Of a DNA stretch of 64,000 bases, positions 35,984 through 48,400 are shown in pieces. This DNA is from Marsupella aquatica (taxonomy: Eukaryota; Plantae; Marchantiophyta). How positions within the stretch are numbered: the first letter of the stretch is position 1; each line of letters opens with the position of its first letter. Under the pieces are notes generated by a model. It worked only from the letters and a program-made list of their open reading frames with translations, did not search any database and had not been told where the DNA came from. Where the stretch lies: assembly GCA_973895155.1 (NCBI GenBank), contig OZ316891.1:23745899-23809898 (forward strand). The letters are read 5' to 3'. The position numbers and the translations under genes are program-made.

Positions 35984-37946
35984 TACCTATGCTTCCTTTC
36001 TAACTTCATATCTCATGGCTTAAGAAATGCCCCCTCCATCTAGCGCCAAAAATGTGGTGCGTCCCATGGCTCCCTAAACCCAAGAAACCCCCCCAGCTCA
36101 AGCCGATTCCCGCAGGTTTCGCGCTTGGCGGGGCCGTTTCCGCGGCTTAGCGGCATGGGACGCTGCTAACCTCTTCTACATCTATTAACATTTTACACAC
36201 ATATACTGGACAGATCCTTCATCGGGTCATGAGATATGAAGCAGGCCTACTCTAGGCCTTCCCTTGTCTTCCTCTCCTTCTGGTTAGGTATATTTGGATT
36301 CCGCCGCTGGAATGATCCCCAATAGGCTTGGTTAAGCCGCTAAGACCTCTCTCAGCTCGACACATCCAACTCTCACTCCCTTGCTTACTTTCCTTTCCCT
36401 ATTAGTTGATGTGGGCACTCTTCACACAAGTTAATGCGACACACAAATAGTAAAATGACTCCTTCTGACTGAGTCATACCATGCACTTGCCATACAAACA
36501 GTACATCTCATACACAAGCTCTGCGAACTAAGCCGTGAGGCCAACTCTATTCAGCTCTTAGGCATGAGGAAACATGAATATACACAAGGTCACGGTATAA
36601 CTAACCGAGAGCTTCTCTTACTACTTGATCCCAGCCCGGCTGGTGCAAACTAAAAACTTGATAAAGAAGAGGCCCTGAGGTCCCCGCTGCCTAGGTACTT
36701 ATCCTGGTAGTGGATCCGCCTAATTCTTTGCAGCGTAAGCCTAATCTACCTGACAGTAATCTACTTGCCCGAATCTACCTATGTACAGCAAGGCAGGAGC
36801 ACAAGTGTTGCTCCTACCAGTGGAACCGCAATCCCACTAAGCTAAGTGTCAGGGCCGCTCCTGGTCCTGATCCTAATCTTAAACCTGGAGATCAGCGCCC
36901 GCCCGGCCCACTCACGCCTCCTACCTCCACGTCCGCCCTTTCTAAAAGGAACGACGCCCTTGCACCGTCACGATACCGGTGGTGGATCCTCAATGGACAC
37001 CCCCAACACTTCCTCCTCAGCCACTGCCGTTGGCCCGCCTACTGACAGATTACCTGCCCTTGACCGAGTCAACTCTCCCTCGGCCTGACTGGGTCCACCT
37101 TCAGCTTCGGCCTCGACACCGGCCTCGGCAATACCCACGGTTTCGGCCTCAGCCACTCCCACGGCTTCGGCTTCCCCTTCTTCTAGGGTAGTTGGATCCT
37201 TAGCCATGACCCTTTCTGGGGTCGGTGCTGGGTCTACCTCCTTGATCACCATGGCCTGTGAAGTCGTATTACTCCTTGACCCTGAAGGTTTCCGCTTCTT
37301 CTTCGTTGGTGGCTCGGCAGCTGGTCTCTTCCCCTTCCCATTTACTTCCGGCACTGGTGCAGGTGGCGCGGCTTGTCCTTCGGCAATTACCACCCCTGGT
37401 AACTGGTTCGCCCCAACGGGAGATGGACCTGCTGCAGCTAAGCATTTAAATACTGCGGCTTGTTTCTTCAGCCGCTCTGTTTGGTTGTCGGCCCGCCGCT
37501 GTAGGTTCTCCATCTTCCTCGTGATTTCCTCCAACTCCTCTTGGGTTTCGTCCAGGTCCTTACGTGCCTCCTCCAGCTCGTTTTTAGCCTCCTCCTGCTC
37601 CCTGTGGGCTTTCTCCAATTCCTTCTTCAAGGTAGCCCTCTCCTCCCAGGTTGCTCTTAGCTCCTTGTCGAGCTCTGCAATGATGACAGACTCCATCTGG
37701 TTCATCTTGGCATAAGTCTGATCGAGCATATCGTCCTTCTCCCTTAGGTTGGCTTTGAAGGTGGCCGTTAGGGACGCAAGCTCCTGCTGCAGCGCAATAA
37801 TCCCTTGATAGGATTTCCCTAACTCGGCCTCCTTCTGCTCAAGGGCTCCGCGGCTTTTCTGGAGCTCCCTTTTCAACGCCCGTTCCTTTCTTTGGGTCTC
37901 CGCCATGGCCCGGTTGTTAGCTGTTATGTGGGCCTCCTCTGCATTC

Positions 37947-40525
37947 TGTCACGTCGTAGGCTTCGGCCTTAACTCAGACTTCAGCTTAGACGGGCACATC
38001 CCTCGTAAATCTGAGGGTTCGGGCAGGAAGGGAAGCACGTAATGCACCTTATTCTCGTAAACTAGCGCTAAGTGCGCATACTGCTAAATACGGACACCTC
38101 CTAGGTATGGTTTGTGTTCCGCCGCCGGAACGTACCCTAGTCGATAGCAGGATCGACCCCGGCTTAAGGGCTTCTAAGCCTTCGTGCTGTCCGCCTTCGA
38201 TCCGGATTCGATGATACAGGTCCTCAACCCGTGCTCGCAACCACTTACCCGCAGGCTGCACCCTGTGCACGTCTCGGGTAGTGCGTTCGGCCCGGCGCTG
38301 CCACCCATATACGAGAAACCCACACACATATGCGCACACATGCATACAATCTCGATTTACACGAAGGAAAAATGATGGGAAAGGATTTTTACTACAAAGG
38401 GAACATATGCGTACACTTAGTTGACACGACAGCCCTGGAATGCACAGGTTCAAGGCCAAGGGTGCACACTACAACGGATCCCGGCTCCGCACTCGCCCGG
38501 CAAGCTTAGTCCTACCCCCTCCCCTTGGTACTCTGTCATTCCCAGAGGTCGGGACTCCCCGCATGTCCCGCGGATGTCCGACTCTGAAACTAAAAACCCC
38601 CCCTGCCTCTACCGAGGGGTGCACTAAATACTAAGAGCCGAGGAACGGGGTGTCCTCCCGCCGAAGATTCGCTGACCAAGGTCCTAACTAAGCTGACAGT
38701 CAGGCCGGAAAACGGTTGTGTCTTATTAGAAGATCCTAATCTATGCAGGCTGGACAGCAGGGCAGCGCTGCCGTACCTAAGGCAGGTGCCTGTCCCAAGA
38801 GCCTGACTAAGCCAATCCTAATCCTAATCTATTCCTACTCCGCCGCTAATGCCTGGCACGCTTGCCAGAGCCGCCCGAATGGGAACGGCCATCCCGCTGC
38901 CTTCGAAGCCTGTCATTGTCCGCTTTGAGGAGCTGGACCTGGTCCAGCAGAGATTCGTTCTCTCGCCTCGCCGTGTCCGTCTCCTCTGCTGCCTCCTGAC
39001 ATGCCTCCTCCAGCTGCTGGGCGTCGCTCGCCAGTTTACTCGCCAGCTGGTCCTGCTTCTCGGCCTCGGTTTGGAGCCGCGCCATCTCGGCCTGCAGCGT
39101 GGCTATCTCCGTCGCGTCCCGCTGGGCTCGCTCCTCGGCCTCCTCCAGGTCTTTCTGCCAGGTGACAGCTTGTTTCTTCAAACTGTCAATCTGGTTCCGG
39201 AGTCGTGTAATCTCGGCCTCGTTCCCAGCTTTGGCCTGTTCGGCTAGGGCGGTAAGAGCGTACGCCTTTGCTAACAACTCATCGGCGGCTGCAACCTTGG
39301 GTCATAGTTGCAGAAGCTCAGCCTCTTGAGCCGCCACTTCGTTCTTTAGGTACACGGACTCCACCCGGTACCGCTCTATCCTCTGAAGGGCCTCCGACTG
39401 GGCCCGCCCGGTCAAGGGTGGGGTAGCCTCGTCGTCATCGCTAAGATCCACAGCGTTGATGACGGAGCGTACCTGTGCTGGCTGGGTGATAGGTGGTGGG
39501 GTTTGGCTAGGCTGCGGCTGAGGCTGAAGCTGAAGCTGAGGTTGCATGGGCACGGGTACGGGTACGGGTACGGGTCCGGCTGAGTTGGTCATGTTGGTTG
39601 ATGGCCGAGTTCCCATGAAGCTCTGTAGGTGCTGGTAGAAGTTCTCCGAAGCGAGTGCGGACGCCCTTGTCGAACGGTTGGTACTGGACTCGCCGTTAAT
39701 GACTGCCCGAACCTGGGCAGGGATGTGGTCGAAGTGATGTCGCTGCAGGTCGATTGTACCCGGGATATTGAAGACCTCGTCCGGAAGCCGAAGCAATGCT
39801 TCCCAGAACCCGATATATTTGTCTCTGTCAAAGAAGTACCCAGATACCTCAGCTGGTTGGTAAAGCTCCCTCTGAGACGGGTAGTCAAAGTTAAGGACGT
39901 AGTGGTGTCGTCCTGCTAGGCGGATGGCTCTCTCGTATTCGCGTCGATCTCGTATCGGCGCGGGTTGGCGTGTTTCAATGAATCGGCCAAGTGCCTTCCG
40001 GTAGATAGGAACTGTGTCCAGAATCGAATGGCCGAGCTGGAGAGGATCGCGTGCGACATTCAGAGGAGATAGTAGTGGCGACCTAGAGAGAACGAGAGAG
40101 CTGGGGTCGAAGCTGGCGTGCGGACTGATGGACTGGTGCACTACAAAGGGTTGGCTCCCCTTTTATACTTTGAGGGCTTGTCGATCCCCGACGTCTCCTC
40201 GACGCCCATAGGTTGAACCGCTCACGCTTGTGGTGTACCGGCCACTCCGCCGGTCTGAGTCAGCGTGCGTCAGTGGCCGCTTCCTTAAGTTCATTATACG
40301 GACCCGAGGGAGGGGCCCCTCCATGCTCATAACCCGGGTGTGCGAATAGCGACCCGCCGCCAGCCCGAACCTGAAGTCCCCCTTATTGCCTAATGATGTC
40401 CTACCCCTAATGATTACCTAAATACTATCGTTATGCTAATAATAGCGGCCTAAGACCCACCTAACGCGCGTGCCGAGCGCAGTTAGACTGAATCACTCAT
40501 TAACCGCCGTACCGGCGGCGTCACA
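37947..40525 (-). mobile_element. solo LTR of a third family (2579 bp) carrying its own ORF
   Basis: On the minus strand the termini are TGTGACGCC...ACGTGACA, with TSD CATTC (37942-37946 / 40526-40530). TATAAAAG near 40160-40167. Confidence 0.85.
38846..40141 (-). pseudogene. family-3 LTR-encoded protein (~430 codons, one internal TGA at 39302): globular N-terminus, P/Q linker, coiled coil, basic tail
   Basis: ORFs 39302..40141 and 38846..39277 are in the same frame, 8 codons apart. The start codon is uncertain (GTG; first ATG near 39616). Confidence 0.7.
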
Positions 40526-42953
40526 CATTCCTCAGCTCTTGCTTCCACTTCTCCCTCTCTTTGATCGCATCGGCCAACTCTCCTTGGGTCCGCGTCAGTA
40601 GATTCTCGATCATCCGGTTTTCAGATTGTGCGGTATCCAACTGGCCCTGCATGATATTTAGCTCATGCCGCTTAATCCGCAGCTCATCTTGGGCTTTCTT
40701 GGCCGCCCTCAGGTCCTTGATTTTGGCTTCCCTTTCCCTAAGCCGACGGATGACCTCGTCCTTCTTGCTTCTTTCCAAGGCCACCGCTTCTTCCAATTGG
40801 CGCTTCTCCAACTGCTCCCTATGGAAAAAGGGTCCTACCTCCAATTCCTCCCCAAAGATGCCGAGCGCAAGTTCCCCACACATCTCACCATACTCCCTGG
40901 CTCTATTCTTAGCGTAGGTGGAGTAAGTAGAAGTGATCGGCATCGCCCATCGCGGCCTCTGCTCCCAAGCCGTCTTGCGGGTCTCTTCAATCGTGGCTAG
41001 AGGTTTGCTTCCTTTTTCGGCTAGCCGCCTCATGTCCTCCGGCCAATCTCCTCCTGGTAAATGCTTTTCCCTAGCCAGGGCTGCTTCCTCTTCCTGCCTG
41101 ATTCGCTCCTGAAATTCCAGCGCCGTCTGTTTTATGCCGTCAAAGCTCAGGGGAGCAACATCTAGTGGAGGAGACTCAGGGCTACTCTGCTGGTTGGGGT
41201 CTCCTCGTACTACCCTTGGAAGTGTGGGGATAAACCGGCCACAGGTCCTTACTCCTGGAACGTGATGGTCCGACCCATAGCCGGAGTTATCATGGCCGCA
41301 GTCCTCCACTGCCTCCTCTACTTCTTCTACTTTCGGCTTCTCCCTCTCTTCTTCGTTGGTAGGAGCTTCCGGCAATTTTGCCTCAGATTCAGAGCTTGAG
41401 ACTCCGGTAGAGGGGTCTTCCCTTCTAAGTCTGCTTAAGTTGACCTCTGGGGCAGTGTCCTGCATTGTTGCCACTGCCGTTGTCGTTGCCGATGCCGATC
41501 TCTTTTCTTTCTCCAGCAGCTTCAGCAGACTCTGCATGCCTGGTTGCTGCATCGGCAAGTCTTCCTTCCTTGGCTTAAACACCTGCTCAATTGTAGGGCT
41601 AACAGGTGGTTGAGGCTTTTCTGCTACCGGCCTGGGTGCTAGAGCTTCCTCGGGTGTCCTTACCTTCAGGGGAAGTACTGGGGCAAAGGTCTGACCTCTG
41701 GCATACCGGCACAACAGCGGCATGTGATAGCCAAGCCGCGACACGCTCCCCATGCCGATTACCTGTTGCTCCTCCTTTAATATCTTCTTCAATTGGTTGA
41801 GGAGGTAGCTGTTGTAGTCCCGGCTTGGGTCTGGCCTTTCTGCCAGATAGACTTGTGCCTTGCCGATCTCCGCTCTCGGCAAGTTACAATGCATGGTTAC
41901 CCGCAAGAAGTCGATCATCTCTCCTATGTGCGGGTTGGTGCATGTGTTCCGGAAGAAGCCATTCTTCGTTGATGGTCCGGGAAACGACCGGAACTCCTTG
42001 TCAGGCAAGGTTTTCCTGGTATCAACCTTGGTCTTATTGCCTATCGATAAGCCAAACACTTCGGCAATTACCTTGGGAGTAAGATAGAAATCCTTCCCAT
42101 ATATTCTCGTGCAATTGGTCTCGGGTTCCCATGACCCCATGAATTCTAATAGGTCTGAATCCGGCACCTCCGGCTTCAGCCATGGTAATCTTACAAAGGC
42201 TTCCAAGCCGGATCCGGCCATGAAGCCTTGGTACTTCTTGGTCTGCATGGCCGTAAAGCATGCATCCTCCTCCCGTGCAAAATGTAGTTGCACCTCCATT
42301 GGTAGAGTTGCCGCCCAGCCCTTCTAGGTGTCATCCCTGGTTGGAATGGCGTTGATGGGGTTGCTTTCCTCCTCCTCGGCTTCGCTCTGCCTCCTGCTCT
42401 GCTGTTCGGCTGGTTTCTTTGGTGCCGCCGACCTCGTTCTTTTTGCCGGGGTGGCTTCATCGTTGACGACTCCCTTGCTCTTCATCTCAGCTACAGTGGA
42501 AGTTTCTCCTAGCACTGTTGCCTGGGTCCACCTTTCTGTGCTACCCTTTAATTCCCAGTGTATGTCATTGCAATTCTTGATGGCCTCTCGGATGCCGATG
42601 ATGCTGTCTTTGCAAAACAGAAGATCGTCAAGCTGATTGGAAGTAGGAGTCCACAAGAACTTGGCCTTGATGAGTTCGCCTCCTAAGAAAGCCGTTTTCT
42701 GCAGCTCCCACAATCTAGCGAGCTCCTGTCGTTCTCGAGCTGCTCTTTCTGATTCTTCATCCTCGTAAGTCTTGATGTACTCAGTTGCCCGTTCGAACAG
42801 GCATCCCCAGAAATGTGCCGCTTGATTGACGTTGCTCATACCCTCCTTAGGTCGATCATTGGTATAGGGTTTTGTCCCTATACTAAGGTGTTTCCAGGGT
42901 GCATCCTGCTTTACCCCCTTAACTGGCCGAGTGATTCCTGGCTAGGCATCACA

Positions 42954-43112
42954 GGTAATAAGACCAAGGTTGATACCAGGAAGACCTTACTTGACAAGGA
43001 GTTCCGGTCGTTCCCAAGACCATCAACAAAGAATGGCTTCTTCCGGAACACCTTCACCAACTCGCACATTGGAGAGATGATCAATTTCTTGCGGGTGACC
43101 ATGAACTGTACT
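42954..43112 (+). pseudogene. older LTR-ORF fragment, right part, truncated
   Basis: GNKTKVDTRKTL...FLRVTM continues 25021..25248; homology ends near 43112. Confidence 0.82.
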
Positions 43113-43755
43113 TGGCGCTATGATGTTTCATGGTTGTTTTTCATTACGGTATTCAGTTTTGGGTAGCGCCTGGCGCTATGATGTTTTCACGTATGAGTTG
43201 ATCGCTATGTTTGGGACCCTGGATGATTGAAAGTGAACATTGCATTGGATTTAGAGAGTTTTTACCCATTGACTAGCCGGGTTATTAATGGAATATTCTC
43301 TTTGCACATGAAATTTTGGGATATATTGTTGACGTTTTGGTTGAAATATTTTCCTGTTTCCTTTTTGCTGTTTCCTATTTGGATTTTTCTGTTTCCTGGC
43401 ACGGTGGTGATACCCAAAAAATAAGGACAGAGTTCCGATTTGGTTGAGGATATGTTTGAGTGGTTGTCTGCACTCTGTTAATTCTTCTTGTAATTATTGT
43501 CGTGATGCCCAAAACAAATATCATTGATTGGCATATTTGTGTTGTCGAATTTGGAACGAAGATCCTTGGGTTAACTTATCGCGTTGAATCTTCTTGATTA
43601 GTGTTTAGGTGAACGTTCTTGGGTCAAAAATTTTGTGAATATATTTTTCTTTTGATCAAAGAAATAAAATCAGTTTTTCCATCACTATTTTGTAGGTTGC
43701 TGAGAAAGACCTCACCATCTCATTTATTACTCCAGGTATCCACTCTTATTTTGGA

Positions 43756-44295
43756 ATGGCCGTCATTGAGAACCCTGTCTTTACAAGGTTAGCGATGTCA
43801 TTCGACAAAGAGAAGAAACAAATTCAGCAGAAAAGTGGCCAAAAGGAATCCGGATTGCTTTTGGATGGACTTCCTGATGAGATTGTTGAAATGTTCATTT
43901 GGCCCATTTTGAAAGTTTGTTGTATAGAGGATGCATTTGATTCCTCCAAGAACCAAGCTGATGAAAGATTGATGCAATTAAAAATAATGGTGTGGCTTGG
44001 ATGCACCTCCAAGAAATGGAACCAGCTCGTAATTTGTACACGAGTCTTGGGTATTCTTAGACTAGCAAGAAGCCAGTTTGAGGAAGTAAATAAAATGCTG
44101 ACAAGCATTCTCGATGGAAAACCCCTTCAGAATGTTCATATTGAAGCTTTTGTTAGGATGGAAACACCGAATCTTCCTCCAATCGATAATATAGGTTTAT
44201 TTTCAAGGTCTGACCTAAATCGATTTCAAGAAGACTGGCACAATCTTGAGAAAGATGAGCAAGCAAGGCTCTTGGAAATGTATGGGGAAGCTTAG
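43756..44295 (+). CDS. 179-aa protein with an F-box-like N-terminal motif
   Basis: LLDGLPDEIVEMFIWPIL...LGCTSKKW resembles an F-box with an insertion. Candidate upstream acceptor TTTTGTAG near 43695. Confidence 0.45.
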   Translation: MAVIENPVFTRLAMSFDKEKKQIQQKSGQKESGLLLDGLPDEIVEMFIWPILKVCCIEDAFDSSKNQADERLMQLKIMVWLGCTSKKWNQLVICTRVLGILRLARSQFEEVNKMLTSILDGKPLQNVHIEAFVRMETPNLPPIDNIGLFSRSDLNRFQEDWHNLEKDEQARLLEMYGEA

Positions 44296-44822
44296 AGTCC
44301 GGTTTAGAGTCCTTCCATTCATGTTTTGGACTGCTCATCTTGAATGGGCTCTTTGTTAGAATGGACTCTTTTTAAGAATATCAACTTAGTTTCGAATGAA
44401 TAAAGAGTTTTGTGATTCGACCCTTGCATCAACCACATTTGCCACGCGTAAAATCTATTTGGTTTAATACAAGGACGTGGGGATATGCCTTATCTACATC
44501 TAGTCAGAAACAAAGTCCTATCAAGCGAAAAAAGTATAAATAGACCTCCGGACTCCAACCCTCCGCTTTTGGATACACCTTATCGCCTGTGGATACGAAG
44601 GTGATAAAGTATAAATAGGAGAGCCTGATCAGAAAGTTTACGCTCATTTCTTATCCTTCTCAACTTCGCTTGCCTCCATGTTTTTCTTGGGCTGCAACAT
44701 CTTTATAGCTTTTTGTATTTGCTCCAATCAAAATAAAAAAGCAGGTAAAAACTCAAGAAACTCTCCCCTCCTTGTCGCACTTCATTGTTGAATCCTGAGT
44801 GCAAAGAACATAACATTTCAAG

Positions 44823-45182
44823 GTTGAATACGAGATGGGATACCGCGTATCCCATCTCGCATCCAACACCCTCTTTTTTAGTATTCCATCGGAACCTCCT
44901 AGCTGTTTGTTGACTCTAAATACAAAATGGGATACCACGTATCCCATTTCAGATTCAACTTTGTCTTTCAGTGCAGATTACTAGAAATTCCTGATGTTTA
45001 GGGTTTAGGGTCATTGGGGAGGATCGTTGCAAGAAGAGCCGCATTGGATGATGTTGGATACGAACCGGGATACCCCGTATCCCATTTTGCATTCAACTCC
45101 CTATTTTTCATTCTTTGAATCAGACTCCAAGCAACTGTTGATGTTGGATGCGAAATGGGATACCGCGAAATGGGATGCGAAA
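44823..45182. repeat. array of four ~45-bp palindromic units (GAATACNAAATGGGATAC-nnn-GTATCCCAT...)
   Basis: Units near 44823, 44918, 45053 and 45143; the last is truncated and rearranged. Confidence 0.75.
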
Positions 45183-45490
45183 GAGGAAGGGAGGAGGAGG
45201 GACAGACGTACCACGGAGGAGGGAAACACGAGAGTGAGAATGAAAATTATGGAATAAGTAGGAAATAAAGTTATATTGAGCAACAGAGGTTAGATAGAAA
45301 GTTGCATGTAAAATTCACAAGTGATCACAATAAAACAATACAATACATATGTCATGAGTATGACTCATTCAAAAGTGAATGGCAAATATAAATATAGACA
45401 ATCCTTTTTTTTATATCACCAAACATGAACAAATCAAATATAACATGAACAAATGTCTAGGCTGGACCCAAGTGCATATAAATATGTCCC

Positions 45491-48400
45491 TCACACTTGG
45501 TCCTCATCGGCCTCAAGGTCATCTAGGTCTGATACAATAACATCTGGCTTCTCAGAAACAATGGAACGAGAACGTGGCACATAGGTGATGACAATTGACC
45601 ACTCGGTGTCTAAGGGGTATGGAATGTAGAAACATTGCTCCAAGTGTGATGGGAAAGCAAATGGTTCTGACGTTTGCCAATGAGATGCTTGAACACTAGT
45701 GGCACTTGTCTTCAACCGTGTAAACCCACTCTCATCTTGAAGTACAGTGCAATTTTGACCAACAAGGTTCACTTTGAACCACTTGCACTTGAAGACATAT
45801 TCCTCAAACTTTGAATGGTTGTCATATGATACCACCAAGATCTCCTCTATCTTCCCATAGTGTGGCACAACATCTCTAACAATGTTCCTGTCATGGCGGC
45901 TGCTTCTGGAGTCTTGAGAAAATTCCCCTTGAACTCCACAATCAAAAGTACGACCCCTCTTCTCATCAAGGGAAGAAACCCTGAAATTAACAAAACCCAC
46001 AAATTTTTATTACACTGTAAAAGATACCATTAATGTAATAATCATCAAAATATGACACCTATCCCTAAATAGCCAAAACCCACATGGCCTATGGCATAAT
46101 TATAGAAGCCAACATTACAGTTATGGATGTCATTAATGATAATAGAAAGTTTTTAAACAATAGAAATAACTAATCAAAATAAGGTCTACATGAATTAATA
46201 GAGGAAGAAAGGTTAGGTACTAGTGGACCTGAAGTGTCTCCCTTGTGTCCACATAGCCGTCTTGGATGTCACCACTCTCAAAGGGCCATGAACAATGGTC
46301 CGAACGTCATCTGTGATGGTAGGAAAGTGGGACACATCTCCTCCTTGTGTCACCATGTCATCCAACTCAAGCAACTTTTGCTTCATATACTCATGCATCT
46401 TAGGAAAAATTCTTGCTCTTTGACTTGTTCTCTTGGCATTCTCATAAAACTCTCTCCGTTTCTCCATGATATTACTATTACTCAACATAAATGTTGTCAA
46501 CTGTGACCACTCTGTTGATGTCAACATGCGTGTTTTTGTGGCACCTGTTAAACGGTCCTCCTCCTCTTCTCTTTCCTCCATCCAAGTACGTGGACAAGTA
46601 GGATCAATGGTGGCCAAGATGTTACTACAATAAATCATACTCTCTGCTGCCAAGTATCATGTAGCTATGCTTCCCTCCACCAGTGCACGGTTACGTACAT
46701 AAGCCTTCAACACCGCCATGTAACGCTCAAGCCAATACATCCATCTACAATGCACTGGACCTGCAATGGCAACCTCCCGCACAAGATGCACAAGTAAATG
46801 AACCTGACAATCAAAGAAGGAAGGAGGAAGGGCTTTCTCCAACTTGCATACCACCTCAGCTGCCAATACCTCCATCCCAGGGATCTCTTCTACATATATC
46901 TCCTTTGAGCATATCCATCTCAACAAACGACCCAATGACCAGATGGCATCTTGCACTTCTTCACTCCCTATACCTATAATTGCCACTGGCAATATATGCT
47001 GCAATAGGCGATGATAGTCATGTGTCTTCAGATATCGTGGCCACTTGTGATTGTCCTCCATCCCAAAAGCTTTTCGAAGGTTGGCACCATAGCCTGTAGG
47101 AAACCGCATCTCTCCTATACGGTTCCAAAATTCACGTCTTTGGCCAACACTCAACACCCAAGGAGCAGAAGGACGATTCTCCACACCTGTGATAGGATCA
47201 ATTGTCACCCAAACATCTGGATGCATTTTCATCTCCTCGCATGCCTCCCTAAAATTAGTGTCCTTCTCCCCATAAAAATGCTTTATCAAAGCCTTCCCCC
47301 CACATTTCCCTCTATGTGCATGGGGTCTAAAAGATGGCGGATCTTCAACTCAGACCAATAGGGCAAAGTGGCTAGTATACTCCACCTGGTCAAACCTGTC
47401 CTATCAAAGGTGAAGGAATCATTTGGGTCTGCCACCCTATCAGCTAGTGACTTCCAATGTGCAAAACTTGTTGCATCAGGAATTTCACGCTCATCACCAA
47501 ATGGCATGTCAAAGGAGGAGAATAGAAGTGGGTCAAACCTCATCTCATGCCCCATGGGAAGAAACTTTGTATGCCCAATATAAACAATCTTTCTAATCCA
47601 TGAACAATATGTGGCCATGTCCTCTAAGCTTGGGCCACAAGTAGAGTAAGCTTTGTACCCCTGAGTTTGCAATCCAAAGACAAAACCAAACCCTGCTTAC
47701 ATAGAAGAAATCAAACCATGCAAACTTTATGTTAGAGTTGTCACATGAGAAACATCAATAGGAACTACACATTATTGAAGGGTTGCAAATGGCATGGAAG
47801 TCATCTTACCAGGATAGTCATGCATTGTCCAACAAATGATCCCTCTCAATTGAAAGACATGTGGAAAACCTCCTGTAATTTTCCTGCCATCATATGCCCA
47901 CACTCCATTCCATAATTTTTGAAGTTCTCCAACCAATAGTGCCAAGTAAGTGTCAAAGTTCTTCACCTTTTTTGGACCTGGGATAATCAAAGACAATAAA
48001 AGGAACCCCTTCTTCATGGATAGCCATGGTGGGAGGTTATAATTCATGACAACCACAGGCCAAACTGATGTAGGTTGCCCCTTTCCTCCAAGTGAATGAG
48101 GGCTAACTCCATCAGATGCCAATCCTAGCCTCACATGGCGAGGATCATGTGCAAAGTCTGGCCATGTTGCCTCAATATGTTTGTGAGCAGGGGAGTCAAC
48201 TGGCAACCGCATGACACCAGACTCTGATCGATGAGTCTTATGCCATACCATCAACTCTGCCAAGTCAAAACACCGATACATGTGCAACAACCGAGGAATG
48301 ATGGGAAACCAACGAACAGCCTTCCTTGGCACCTTCTTTGTTAGCATGTTGGGGTCATAGCGAGGCTCATCACATGTTGTACATTGTGTCATGTTTGCAT

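Larger units (their letters stand above)
25249..42953 (-). mobile_element. full-length copy B of the same Ty3/gypsy family, with a nested solo LTR
   Basis: LTRs 36053..42953 (5') and 25249..29825 (3'), TSD GGTAA (25244-25248 / 42954-42958), PBS 36029..36048, PPT 29829..29838. Confidence 0.96.
36053..42953 (-). repeat. 5' LTR of copy B, interrupted at 37947..40525, with a deletion removing the first ATG region near 42865
   Basis: Family termini. ORF pieces 42324..42839, 40526..42299 and 36968..37946. Confidence 0.92.

Noticed and set aside
43112-43187. Duplicated TGGCGCTATGATGTTT as an extra PBS
   Set aside because: It matches the PBS for only 8 nt and does not follow an LTR CA end; more likely a short repeat at a truncation junction.
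43683-43692. CACTA pentamer as the left TIR
   Set aside because: CACTATTTTG does not match the right TIR CACTACAACA, is not preceded by ATT and has no subterminal repeats.
44823-45182. CRISPR-like array
   Set aside because: Eukaryotic context, degenerate units, irregular long spacers and no cas genes.
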